A DNA stretch of 64,000 nucleotides from contig OZ361256.1 of assembly GCA_977018835.1 (NCBI GenBank), positions 1,984,001-2,048,000 of the forward strand. Reading direction: 5' to 3'. This document shows, in pieces, positions 10,633 through 23,000 of this stretch. Position numbers and translations under genes: made by a program. How positions within the stretch are numbered: the first letter of the stretch is position 1; the number at the start of each line of letters is the position of its first letter. The stretch is from Minutocellus sp. GHC0000111 (Eukaryota). The notes beneath the pieces are model-generated. The model ran no database searches. It was not told where the DNA came from and saw only the letters and a list, made by a program, of their open reading frames with translations.

Positions 10633-12620
10633 ATGTCAAGCTCGGCAGCTCGCGACTGGGACCGAGCACATAATGTCGCCGGCACGTCCACTGACGATGG
10701 AAGAGTCCCCTCGCGCCTCTACACCGATGAGAATCCCGCGACGACAATCAAGGGTACCGGTTTCAAGAATCGGGCCATTGCCGAGCGAACCATCCGCCTG
10801 ACGTCGCAGCCGGGAGTTCGCTACAAGCAGTACTGGACGATACGGGCCATGAGAGAGCGGGCGGCCCACCATCCGCACCAGACGGATGGGATGCGGGAGG
10901 CGATTGCCGTCTTTGACGAATGGCTGATCAACTTCACCGACCCAACTGCCGAGGAGCGCAAAGCCCAGAGAAAAGAGTGGGAGGAATTCAACCGACTGTG
11001 CAATTCGGTCGCCAACCAGCATGCATATGGCAAGGAGCCGACGTCAGAGGAGCTCAAGAGAGCCCGCCAGGATTTAGCGGAGGGCCAAAAGTTGCTTGTG
11101 GACCTGCTGTCGTCCAGTCTGCGATCAACATCGCGCAAAAGTGATTGGAACAAGAACGGACTTAAATTTCCAATCACTAAATTTACTGCACTCTTTGGCG
11201 GTCCTGGCATACACGGGTATGGAAAACATACTGTTGCAAATTGCTCTGAAGAAATGGGAAATGGCGGTGCCACTTGTTGCTATGCATCATCACAAATTGA
11301 TATTGATGGGTTGGAGGTTGAAGAATTAATCGGCAAACCAAATACCACAAAGCTCGGCCTTTTTGCGGCTGATATTCGTGTCCACGTGATCTACAATCGC
11401 AACGACCAGACAGCCACGGTGAATGTCGAGAGGGGACAGTCTAGTGCTACGCTCACGAGTCTGTGGGGAAAGGGGGGCAGTGTTGATAGGAGCAATGCAA
11501 AAAAGACTCAACAGAATGACGATTCAGTGCGCGCTGAACAAAACGGCAACGGTGAAATCTCTTGGGCTTGCACTTCTTGCACTTTTCTCCATGAAGGCAA
11601 GGCCAAGGAGGCATTCCTCGCGTGTGAATTATGCGGTTCGGAGCGAAGAAATGGCATTGAGAAGGGCTCTGCCAATAACGGGCGTGTCAAACAGATACCA
11701 TCGGCCCCTGCAGCAGCAGGATCACCGACATCTCCATCGTCATGGGGGTGTCTGCGCGCTCCAACCCAAGGGGACATCACCGGACCTCGAAAGCGCCGCA
11801 AGGAACTCGATGAACCGCCACCAATGATGGACTACCTTATCGTATTGGACTTTGAATGGACAGCAGATTACAAGCGCAAGATGGAGCCGGTTGCTGAAAT
11901 TACTCAATTTCCTTCTGTCGTTATGAAACTATGTGAATCAAAGATGATTAGAAAGAATGATTGTGGTGAAGTCGATGGTACTTCTGGTGGTGATGCTGGG
12001 CTGGGTAATACACATGCACCAATGCCGGGCCATGTTGAAAATGGCATACATGTACCCGAGGATCTGAGACCTTCACCAGTCGAAACGAAACGAGATGCGC
12101 ATTGCGTCTCGATCTACAATACCTTTGTCCGGCCCACATTGAATCCAACCTTGACGAAATTTTCCATTGAACTCACAGGCATCACACAAGATGAGGTCGA
12201 TCGGGCTCCTGCTATCGACGAAGTGATTGTGGATTACATGAAGTGGCTTCGAGGTCTCGGTCTTGCCGATGCGGGTGGGAATCGGATTGGAAGTTGGAGC
12301 TTCGCCACCTGGAGCGATGCTGATTTGAGCATACTTGGAATGGAGTTGCAACACAAGTCGATTGATCTGCCACCGTGCTTTGATCGGTGGGACCTCGTGG
12401 TGGTTTGAGAACATGCATCGAGTCCGTTGGGGCAAAGTGGGAAGGCCGAGCTCACAATGGTCTGGTGGACAGCATCAATACTGCCAAAATTGTCAGAGAC
12501 ATGGTGCGGACGGGATTTCGCTTCACAAGATCCACAAGGGGTTTGGACCGCAACGGGGTGCCTTTTGGGCGGCAGCAGAGGGGAAAGAAAGCAGCAGCAG
12601 GAAGTGGGGGAAAGGGATGA
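10633..12620 (+). CDS. ERI1-family DEDDh 3'-5' exonuclease with RanBP2-type zinc finger; frameshift or deletion near 12390
   Basis: WACTSCTFLH..ACELCGSER; IVLDFEWT; FVRPTLNPTLTKFSIELTGITQ; TWSDAD; in another frame WEGRAHNGLVDSINTA. Confidence 0.8.
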
Positions 12621-12796
12621 GAATCGCCCATAAATAGAGTACCGGTACTAGCTAGTACGTGTAAAGCTCTAGATTTAGTACATGCATGCAATAAAAAGCA
12701 AAGAGAGTAGAAGCGAGTTACATGTTCATGTAATTTTTTCTCTCTGGTGGCGTGCCGATCTCTGGCATCTTGCGGTGGTGCGTAGCGCTCCATTTT

Positions 12797-12828
12797 CTAC
12801 GTACGTACGTACGTACGTACGTACGTAG
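12797..12828. repeat. (TACG)7 microsatellite forming a perfect 32-bp palindrome
   Basis: c-tacgtacg...tacgta-g read directly. Confidence 0.9.
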
Positions 12829-14280
12829 CATTTTGACCTGGATTTGTGCTGACTGACTCACTGCGAGCTTGGGCAAAGTGTGCTCTGGGAACAAAGAGAA
12901 AGAAAGTCCGGATTTCATTTTTTCCCAAGGATCTTCTTTGTGCTTCCTCAAACAAGGTCCCATTTTACAGTTTCTGGAATTGGCTTTCGCAATGATGCAG
13001 GTTTATGTCGCAACAGGCGTTTTAGCAGGTTTTGCGGGGGAATGAACCCAGGATTGACAAAAACACGACGCACTCAACAGCGCCGTTTCTGCCTGATTTG
13101 AATGGACGTGAAACGAGAGACGGTCTCGATCCTCCTTCCCTCGTCGTTGTTAGCACTCTTCCGGGCCAAGAAATGCGAATCAACTCTGCCACCTTGCAAC
13201 CTGAAATTCATCCATCGCATGCATGCATGCACACACACACAAAAGAAACATCACATCGATGTCGTCTCAGCCCTCGTCTCCGACGGGAGCCGCCCTCGCC
13301 ACGGCGTCGGAGCTGGCGGCCCGCCCTGTGCCTGCCCCCGCTGTTCCCCCGGCTTCGTCGGCTGCAGCCGGTGGCAATGGCAATGTCTCCAAGACCACCG
13401 ACGTCGGCCTTGTTGCCAGCACCGCTGCAGCCAGTGCTCCTGCTCGTCCCGGCGTCGGTCCACGTCAGAACTCCAAGAAGGAGCTGATGGAGTCGGCCCA
13501 CCTCCTTTGCTCCCTCTTTGGCGGCGGCGGCGGTGGTTCTGGCAGCAACTCTCCTTCTCGCACTGCCGCTCCTGCTTCTGCTTCTGAAGAAGCCAAGGCT
13601 GAGGCTGCTGTGCCTGCTGTTCCCCCTCCTGCCGCCCTCGTCCGTCACGGCAGCAAGGGACCACTCAAGAAGCGCATGATGATGCCGGTCTTTGACGATG
13701 CCGACGACGACGCTGAAGAGTCAGCCGCTAGCGCCAAGGAGGACGGCCCAACGAGTCTCAAAACTGCCGCTGTTGCCGCCGTGGCCATGCAGCGTCAGCA
13801 GCAGCAGCCGCAGAAAGAACCGAGTGCTGCACTCACTGTTTCTTCTAGCACCTCCACCTTCACCACGGGCACCGCCGGCACCCCCAACGGGGACTGCTGC
13901 ACCATCCTCTACACGCCCGGCGAGGACGAGATCTGCCTCAGCCCCCAGCTGTGCCTGACCCCGCCCAAATCGAAGCCTTCGAGGCCCAGCCCGCCGACGC
14001 ATCCTCCCGCCGTTCGGCCGGCGGCCGGTCCATCAGCCGGACCCTCACGGCAGGGCAGGTGGGTCTGCGGTGCATCCACTGCAAGCACCTGACCCTCCGC
14101 GACCGGTCCATGTCCGCCGTGCGCTGCCCCGGATCCATTCGCCTCGTGTGCCAACCAGTCCGTCCGCAACTTCCAACGCAACCACTTCCTCCAGTGCAAG
14201 GCCATGCCCCAATCCATCAAGGACGAGTTCCAGACCACCCGCTCCCGCTTCGTCCAGTCCAAGGGCCGCAGCCATGTGTG

Positions 14281-14327
14281 CGAGGTCGCGGACAGCAGTT
14301 TCAGGGACCCGGTTTTTGGGTCTTTGG
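14281..14327 (+). repeat. Left terminal inverted repeat
   Basis: Inverted copy at 18253-18300. Confidence 0.92.
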
Positions 14328-15405
14328 GCAAAATCTCATAAAAATCAGCACAAACGCACGCAGCAAGCAGCATTTGTTTGCTGTCGTCCTGTCTTCAAGA
14401 TGGCGGTGACGGCAGTGCCGACGGCATCCGCTTCACGCAAGGGATGCAAGGGATGAGCGTGGTGTCTCCAGAACGGTTTGGTCCTTGACCTTGGACCGAC
14501 TCGGAGACATCGATTTCATCTTCCCATGCCAGCGTCTGGCCGATTCACCCCATCCATCGCCCCTCCCGACTTCTGCCAGTTTTTCCGATGACAACCGGTC
14601 ACCTCCTCCACCTCCCGACCCCACCACCACCTCCCAAATGCATTGATTCAAGTAGCCATGTGGTTTGAGCTCCGACATCGGTCTCCATGGTCCCCATGGT
14701 GGCGCATCTTGTGCGGTCCGGGTGACCCCGCGCCAAAATCGAGCGGGCCAAAAAAGTCATCACCCACCCGGCGCGCCCGCCACTCAATGAAACCTTCCTC
14801 ATTTCCAACCCACCCGACATGCAAACTGTTGCTCTGCTGCCACAAAATACTGCATCCAACACCACATTAATGCAAATTGCTGTTGCTGCTGCTGCCACCG
14901 CAGCTGATGCGCCAGCATGTCGCCGCTCCCGTCGGTCCGGCAGCTCCATCCCATGCTTTGACTGTTTTGTCCATCGGAGCGGCACCATCGATGCCTCTGC
15001 GATTCGTGGCAAGTCTCCTGGGATGATCCAGACCATAGCGAACCGGGCATGGGCGGGCCTCTCACTTCAGAAACAGCAGGATGTTGTGGAGCAAGCCCGA
15101 GAGGAGGAGCTGTGCTGTCCGAGCCAGACCGGTCCTGATCCGGCACAAGATGTGCCGATTTCTCAAATTCAAATTGCTCGGCGCAATTCGTCATCCAACA
15201 ACGCCGATGCCAGCCCTGAGCCGACGGTCGAGGACAATGCTGGTGTCGCTGCTCGTCCTGGTGATGATGATGTCGAAGCTGGGGGCATCGCCGAGTCCAT
15301 GGTGGTGGATGGAAGCGGCAACAGTGAAGAATCTGGCAATCCTGCCAGTGTCGGTGTTTCTGCTCTACCGGCACCGCCAATTCTGGTGGATCGACCGGGG
15401 AGAAT

Positions 15406-16868
15406 TTGGACGTGCTGCTGGTTGAGGCCGAAGCGCAATGCAAAGCTGCAGAGGAGGCTTTGAAAGGGCTAAGGGACACCTTGAAACGAGAAAAGCGGAA
15501 GGATGAAAAGGCCATGGCCGATGCCGAGAAGAAAAGGAACAAAATGAAGGAGGCGATGCGTCATTTGGAGCAGAGGGTACAAATGCGTGAACATCTTCGG
15601 TCGCACAGGATGCCGACGGATGCACCACCCGAACGCAAGAAAGCAATGAGAATGGAAGATAACATGCGACCTGCCATCAGTACTGGGGAATGTGTCCTTG
15701 TGTCTGCCGACTTCAGTCCCAACATGAATCGGCCTGAGGGCAAGGGATTTGTTATGGTCAGTCGAGGTGTCGGTGGAGGCACTCTTTGCGATGTCCAGCA
15801 TGAGAAGCCTTTTGGTGGCATGATGCATAAGAATGTGCCTCTCAAGGCCATCACCCCGATCCCACTCGGCCTCAACACCGATTCAATTGCCAAGGACAGG
15901 CGCAAACGGACGGCAATTTACCGAATGGAAAGAAGCGAGTTCTCCTCGTGCATTACGATGAGAAATGGTTCTGGGGTCTCGTCCTCCGAGCTTTTGCGAA
16001 GGCTTGCGAGGAAATCGGCGTGAAAAAGCGAGATTACGTGGCCTTTCACAGGAGCCACATCAACAAGGTCATGGCCATTGCATTTGCTGCCGCTGTCTTT
16101 GACGGTTCTCTTGAGAGTGGGTGCAAGGTTGTAAAACTGCCACTGGTGCGAGCTCAAGCTCCTAAAATAGCGGAGCGAGCTCAGTGCGAAGCAGCATCAC
16201 AGCCTGATGGTTCAACACAGCACCCAAATACCAACCCCGATGGGACACCAAAGGAACCTCTTCGCCGGAAAGGAGAGTCGTTTCTTGTTGATTGTTGCAT
16301 TACTGGATCGAACGAAGGCACCAAAAAGGATCCGAAATGCTCTTTGCTCCTCGTATTCAAGGAGACTATTTTCCCAGCGATTCTCAACCTTGTCGGTCCG
16401 GGCAAGCAATACGAAGATTGCCATGTTATTATCCAGGGCGACCAGGCCGGGCCTCACGAGGACGGAACCTTCACGCAATTTGTTACTAACTTCTGTGCTG
16501 AGCAAGGCTGGACGTGGCAGCCACAGGCACCGCAGATGCCTCACGCCAACGTCCTTGACTTGAGCTTGTTCCCCGCGATGAGCCGGCGGCACTCGGAATG
16601 GGCACGAAAAATGGTAGGCACCTCCGTCATTTCCACCGACCAGATCTGGGACACTGCCGAGGACGTTTACGATAGCATGCCTAACTGCAAAATTGCTTCG
16701 GCCTTCATTCAGTACTGGAGGATAATGGGCCTGGTGATTAAGGCCGGTGGTAGCAATGAGTTTGTTGGAAGGTTGGGTGACGAAAACTTGCACACTGGAA
16801 TTAGGATCGACTTCAACGAAACGGCCAAGGGGATGGAGCCCTCAGCTCGTCATCCTTCTAATAAATAG
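15406..16868 (+). pseudogene. Tc1/mariner transposase, frameshifted and probably internally deleted near 15920
   Basis: HYDEKWFWG, QGDQAGPH and QAPQMPHANVLDLSLF; 38 residues between the second and third Asp. Confidence 0.88.
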
Positions 16869-16963
16869 ATAGTATTAATATCTTTACACATGTATTAAAT
16901 AAATGTTACACATCTACAAATTATTTATAGATCTACATGTAAGATGCAGCAGCATTGGTTTGT

Positions 16964-18100
16964 TTATATCACGGTGGGCTTCTTTGTTCTTCTATTTCTA
17001 CCGGTATTCTTTTTTGCCTCCTTGGCCTTCTTATGATCATTAGAAAGCCACACAGCGTGGAGGGACTGACGAATCTTTCCGCGCTTCACACCATATGCAT
17101 CGGCAAGTTTATTGTCAGTGAGGGCAGGGTGAGCAGTTGGTTGTTTACTCCCATCCTCATATCCCAACTTATATGCATCTAATGCAATCTTGTCAGTAGA
17201 TAATGCAATAGAGAATTCTATTGTCTTGTTATCATACAATCCGAGTTCTCTGCTTCTCCACCCTTTCGGGTAGGCACCACGACCCTCTCTTACTTGGCGA
17301 TCGACTTCGATCATGCCTAGCACTGTGGTGACCGCGACCTCGCTACCCCAACCAGGAACTTGTTTGAAGGGGAGGTAGACCCCTTTCTCTTTTCTTCTTG
17401 GTTCGGGCCTCTGACTACATGTGGGTGACTTGTAGTTCTTTATATCTTGTGGTAGTGGTGCTTCTCCGTACGTCAAAAAGCACGCAAGCCTCCGATGTTC
17501 CTCAACCTCTCGTTCAATCTGTCGTTCGGTTGGTTCGGTTGGAGGCAAGGGCTCCAAGATGGTAGGGGATGACAATTGAAGGTTGCTGAACGACGGGCAT
17601 GAGCGGCTTGGGGTAAGAGCATACTGAGTATGAACTGACATTGGACTTGTTACCATGGGCGTGGCGGAGGGAAGGTCGAATGAGCTCACGGGCTTTCTCC
17701 TCTCGCCGCTTGGCTTTGCGTCGGCGGTTGCTATGCTCATCTCTGAGAATGAATCATCTTCATCAGAATGAGATGAAACGGTAGCGGTACCGCGAAAGTC
17801 GGCACGCAATATGTCATGATGCAAGTACTTCCTTGCTTGGGCTTGTTCGGCGGCGAAGCCATCCTCTTCGTTGTACTCGCGTCGATATTTCAACACACGA
17901 GGAGATGTGAGGTCTGACGATGCCGGTGGGACCCCTTGGTTGTCCTCCTCGTCATCGTTGTCCTTGTTCTCTCGATACCGCGGATGTTCCGGCGTTTCGT
18001 TGGAAGTTTCCTTCTCATGGCGCGAGGGGCTGAATGCAGTCGCCTCGGCGCGTTTCGGTGGACGCGGTGGACTGAAGATGTGTCCCTTTGGAGTATCCAT
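16964..18100 (-). CDS. Second ORF inside the transposon, function unknown
   Basis: About 378-aa uninterrupted ORF between the TIRs; disordered N-half, globular C-half, basic tail. Confidence 0.6.
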   Translation of the reverse strand: MDTPKGHIFSPPRPPKRAEATAFSPSRHEKETSNETPEHPRYRENKDNDDEEDNQGVPPASSDLTSPRVLKYRREYNEEDGFAAEQAQARKYLHHDILRADFRGTATVSSHSDEDDSFSEMSIATADAKPSGERRKPVSSFDLPSATPMVTSPMSVHTQYALTPSRSCPSFSNLQLSSPTILEPLPPTEPTERQIEREVEEHRRLACFLTYGEAPLPQDIKNYKSPTCSQRPEPRRKEKGVYLPFKQVPGWGSEVAVTTVLGMIEVDRQVREGRGAYPKGWRSRELGLYDNKTIEFSIALSTDKIALDAYKLGYEDGSKQPTAHPALTDNKLADAYGVKRGKIRQSLHAVWLSNDHKKAKEAKKNTGRNRRTKKPTVI

Positions 18101-18252
18101 GAGTATGGAAGCTTCTTGAAGCGCCAGTCGGCAGAAGTTGCCCAGTCTATTTGTGGTAATTGCTTGGAGGTCGGTTGTTGACGGATGTGTTTTGATTTGC
18201 TTGCTTTGCCGCGTGTTTTTCAAGGTGCGCGCAAACCGCCGTGTCGGAAAGT

Positions 18253-18300
18253 CCAAAGACCCAAAAAACCGGGTCCCCGAAATTGCTGTCCCGGACCTCG
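18253..18300 (-). repeat. Right terminal inverted repeat
   Basis: Inverted copy of 14281-14327. Confidence 0.92.
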
Positions 18301-20035
18301 TGCTGGGCCAAATCCTGCGCCGAGAAGGGCATGGTCGACACCGTCGACGGGGGCATCCGGTTCAACGTCGACGCCGGGGGGACGGTCGTCCCCGCCAACC
18401 CCGACAGCGCCGTCGAGGCCACCGAGGCCTTCATGGCGCAGAATGCCTCCCGGGGACCGGCCGCCCGGAAGAGGAAGGCCGAGCGGGATGCCAGCAGTGG
18501 TGGCGAGGACGAGTCGACCAACGCTAGTACTAGTAAGGAGACAACGACGACGACGACGAAAAAGAAGAAGAACAAGAAGAAACGGGCCTCCAAGAAGACG
18601 GTCGCTGCCGCCGCGGCGGCTGCCGTCGCCGCACGGGGTACCACCGGTACTGCCGCCTCTAAGACCGGAGTCACCGTCACCACCACTACCAAGGTTCGTA
18701 TCACGGCGAAGCCTGCTGCCGCCACTACTGATAGTACGGATGCCAAGCCATCTGCCGAGACGAGTATGGAAAAGGAGGACTCTCCAAACGCTCCGGCAGC
18801 CCTTGCCCAGCCGTCTGCGCTCGCCGCCGCCGTTGCTCCGGGCCCGGCCCCCACGGCGCTCGTTGCTGCTACCAGCACCGGTTCCATTCCCAACAACGCT
18901 GGGGGCGTCATCGCCCCACCGGCCCCGGCCCTGACCGCCCAGGTCTCCCTCGACGCCGAGCAGCTCCTGCGTCGCCAGATGCAGGAGTATCAGCAGCTGC
19001 AGCGGTTCTCGTCCCCGCCGGGTCAGATGGTCGCCCACCAGGGACAGGAGTCCGCCCTCGCCCAGGCCGATCGCATGATCCTGGCCTCCCTTCTCGAGCA
19101 GGAGCAGCAGCGGCAGCTGCTGGCGGCCCAGCTCAGTGGGCAGTACCATCCGCAGCACCTCCAGCAGCAGGCCCTGACCAACAGGCCTACGGCGTCTCCC
19201 GCGCTCGCCGCTGCCTCAGCCCCTGCCGGTGCTGCTGCCGCTCCTTCCGCGGCGTCCCTTCTCCGCCAGCAGCAACAGCAGGATGCTGCAGCGTCTCTCG
19301 GTCTGAGCCTGCCCGATCCCGCCGCTACTGCTGCCACTGCTGCATCCGCGTCCTCTTCGCCCGGAGCCACCGCCAACGCCGCCGCGCGCGCCGAATATCT
19401 GGTATACCTCGAAACCCTCGACCGGATGTCGGCCTCGATCAATGCAGCCCAGAATCTCGAGGCCGCCTACCGGACCAACCCAACCGTCGTCGGCAGGCTG
19501 CAGTACCTGGCAGCCAACGACGAAATGGCCGCCGTCATGCACCGGGCCAAGATCCAGGCGATGAATCTGCAGCGCATCCGCCTCGAGAGTCGTCTGAACG
19601 ATCTCAATGCCTCGCTTGGTACTGTCATGCAGGGTGGTGCGCCCGCCCCGGCTCTTGCCGCTGCCGCAGCAGCTGGGACTGGCGTGGTCCCTGATGCCGG
19701 TGCCGGTGCCATGCAACTCTCTCCGAATTCGCTACTTCGACAGGTGAGCGATTGACAATCAGCGCCGGATCCCAATGTTAACACTACGAAATGATGTACT
19801 ACAACAGAAGAAGGAATTCCTAGTGCAATGCTCGGACATCTGGCAACGTCGATAAACAACAATGAGAAGAAAAGCAACCCAGAACAGAAACTCTCATAGC
19901 TACTTAAAATAATGTAAATTAAACCACCACACGCTCACAACACTCTTCAAATACTGCACATAAAAAGAACTCCAATGGCTTCTATCGAAATTTACCTGGC
20001 AATCTAACTATTACGCAATTACTAGGCCTCCCTAT

Positions 20036-23000
20036 CTACACATCTAGCAAAGTGGTGCATGCCAAGGCTGCGTGGTGGGTGTAGGCCAGGGACTTGAACA
20101 CCTCGGGATTCCGAGAGTGGACGGAAATCGGCGGAAGGGCCTTGGATTTGCCACTGCCACCGGCAACTGGAGAGGAGTCATCGTATTCTAAGACAATTTC
20201 TGGCCATCTCTTGATAAGCCCGCTTTGAGTCGGGATGCCGACGAAGTCCAGCTTGAATGAGGTACCATCACTGCTGTTGTCGGCCACAAAGCCCTGCACT
20301 CTACCCCCAAGGATCCAGTCAGCCTCATCGCAGTACACGGTGTACACGATGGGTAGCCGCGAGGATGATTTCAGGGCACTAAGGTCGACCTCGAACGTGA
20401 ACTTCACTGGTGATCCCACCACACCCTCATACGAGGAGCATAGAAGCTCGGCGGTTGCCACATTCATGCTGGAGAAGTCGTCTTCCCGTCGCATCTGAGC
20501 GAAAACGTTGTTGAGGCTGAGCGGAAGTACTTGTCGGAAGGTTTTCCCAAACTCGTCTTGAAGAATCACGTGCAATATGGGTTCATCATCGGGACTCTTT
20601 GAGGACGATCCTGAATCTTGTCGAATGCACTTGAAGCCGAAGAATAACTCCTCACCCTCCGCTACGGCATGTCCGAACATTTGCTGATTCATATCACCAT
20701 CCTCGGTGACCTTGAGAAGTGACGGATAACTCACACTCCACTCCTTTAAGAAGAATGGAACAGGAGTGTTACAATGTAGAGTCACACTGACCATCACATG
20801 GTCGTCGTCGACCGTGAAGGCATCGGACTGGCTCACAGTGAGGGCTGGGCGGTCAAGGGTAGTTACCATCGCCTCGAGGAGTGTGGACATGGCTTCGGAC
20901 TCTGGCTCTTCTCCCTTGGATATTATTTCGCCGTACTTGGAACGGTGGTAAAGGGTTGTTACTCGCGCTTGCATCGTCTGGACAATCGCATCGTCAAACG
21001 ACTGGATATTTTGGAGATTGCGATTATTCGGATCGGATGGTCGCTTCATAGCCTCGCTCTTGACAGATGTTCGCAGGACTATTTCTGAATCTGGTCCACA
21101 AGCCTCGAGCGGAATAGAACAGCGATCACACCACGTATCGTCAGATGGCTCGACACCGGGTGGCACAACCTTGAGTCCGTCGGAACAAATGAGCTCGACT
21201 TTGCCCTCCCGAACAATGTCGGATCCAGAATGGAAGACGAGGCGGATGAGGAAGAGAGGATTGAGCTCGATGGTCTGGGTAGGCTCACTGGGCATAACTT
21301 CTATTGATTGGACCGGCCTTCGTAAAGCAGATGCGTCAAAATGAAATGATGCTTCCTTCCATTGTACTTCGACCGTGCCTAATATGTAGTGACCAATTGT
21401 CATTGGGGTCCATTCAAATTTCAATGTGTTAGGCCCGGGCTGAATCTCTACTGGGCCCTCGATGGCCAAGACACGAAACGAGTCTTCCTCTTCTATCAAA
21501 CCGTGAGCTACTCTATGCACCGCTTCGTACCTCTCGGAAGTAAGGAGGAACATGCGGATACCATCGACTGTGATAGGTCGAGGAAGATGACTCGTTATGG
21601 ACAGTGCTCGGTTTCACCAACATAGCAAAAATGCTTTACCAATTTCTTCCGAAGGAACCCAAGTGGCTGCGCTGTCTTGCCCGCCGGGAGTGGCTGCACT
21701 GCAAGCTCCACCTCTAGGAATGGTGCAACGCCAAGGCGATATTCAGCCACCTCACTTTCCCCGACGACATATTCTAAATCTGTTTGGAGCAGACTAGCAG
21801 ACTTGGCCGGGGCCACTGCAGCCAAGCGAGGACCAAAACAGCGAGTAAGAGTATTGAGGTAGGAAGCCGCTTCGCCCGTCATTCGTTGACAAGACGCCAA
21901 TTGGAAGAGGCGCCAGTAATATGCCCCGTCCCATTGGTCGTGCGCGAAAACATCGACAATCGACATCAAGGTCTGTGCGGCCTTCTCGTAACTCTTTTGA
22001 AGGATGAGAATCTCAGCCTTCTCGCCAAGAAGGCGAGCTGCAAAGCGATATCTACCTGAGTGCTCGTTTAGAGCAATAATTGCGGAGGACAGTTCCAGGT
22101 ATTTCTTGATGTAGGCATCGGTAGACGTAAATGCACTGCGGAGCCATGGGGAAACGTAGCGTCTGGACATGCCCGACTTTGTGGTCGTTGGTGCGGTGGA
22201 CGCTGCATCGGGTGCACCGTCGATGTTGAGATTTTCCAACGATGGAGGAAGATCCAGACTGCCTTCCGACATCGATCGTTCCGTGGATTGATCTGAATTC
22301 TGCGCCTGTCTTTCACGATTCAGAGCCTCCCACCCCACCCAGGACTCGTTCATGTCCTTAGGTCGTTCTACATTGGCATCGCGAATGGGATTGCTCCCGC
22401 CAAGCTCCACATCGCCGAGCCGCAACAACCGGAGGCGTGCAAATGCCAACAAATCGCCAAGTTGACAGGCCGCATCACGCTCTTCTTCCGCTTGGTAAGG
22501 ATCTCGAGCTACTTCTGACAGACCGCCACTATTGGGCACCGGGCCGCCACCATCAGCAGCACCCTGGGGCAACATTGAATTGTCAGCACCTGGATATGTC
22601 TCGTCTAAATTTCCCGAGCTGTAATGGCCAGATTCGCCCATTGCGTCGGCATCAACGACGAAGGAAAAGTATCCATCGGCCGCACACTTGACGTCCCAGC
22701 AGCTCCCAAGCGCCCACGCTTCAGCTTCGGCCCGGGCTCTGATGACATGTGCTTCATCGCTAGCGGCCAGTGCTCTATCCAGCATCATGCGGTACTGTTG
22801 AGCAATGTTCCGTTGCGTCCTTCGGATTACCTCCACAGGATCCCCCATCTTGAACAGCAGGTGAACCTCTCGGGCATACAAGTACTGATGAGTCAAGTGA
22901 GCCATACCAGGAGTCAGTTCACCCTTGGTCTTGCGGATTTTGCGTCGGAATCCAGAGGCATTGCCACTGTTGGCTAGGTCGGCAAAGCCGAACGAATCGG

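Larger units (their letters stand above)
14281..18300 (+). mobile_element. Tc1/mariner-superfamily DNA transposon (DD38D, related to the DD39D group), 4020 bp, with about 47-bp TIRs and two convergent ORFs
   Basis: Left TIR cgaggtcgcggacagcagtttcagggacccggtttttgggtctttgg matches the reverse complement of 18253-18300 with 4 mismatches and 1 indel; flanked by TG on both sides. Confidence 0.92.
13259..19755 (+). pseudogene. Diatom 'QVGLRCIHC' family gene split by the transposon at 14281-18300, with further frameshifts
   Basis: 5' part: QIEAFEA..GQVGLRCIHC..SVRNFQRNHFLQC..KGRSHV. 3' part resumes at 18301 with (Y>C)WAKSCAEKGMVDTVDGGIRF. Removing the element rejoins the frame. Confidence 0.85.
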
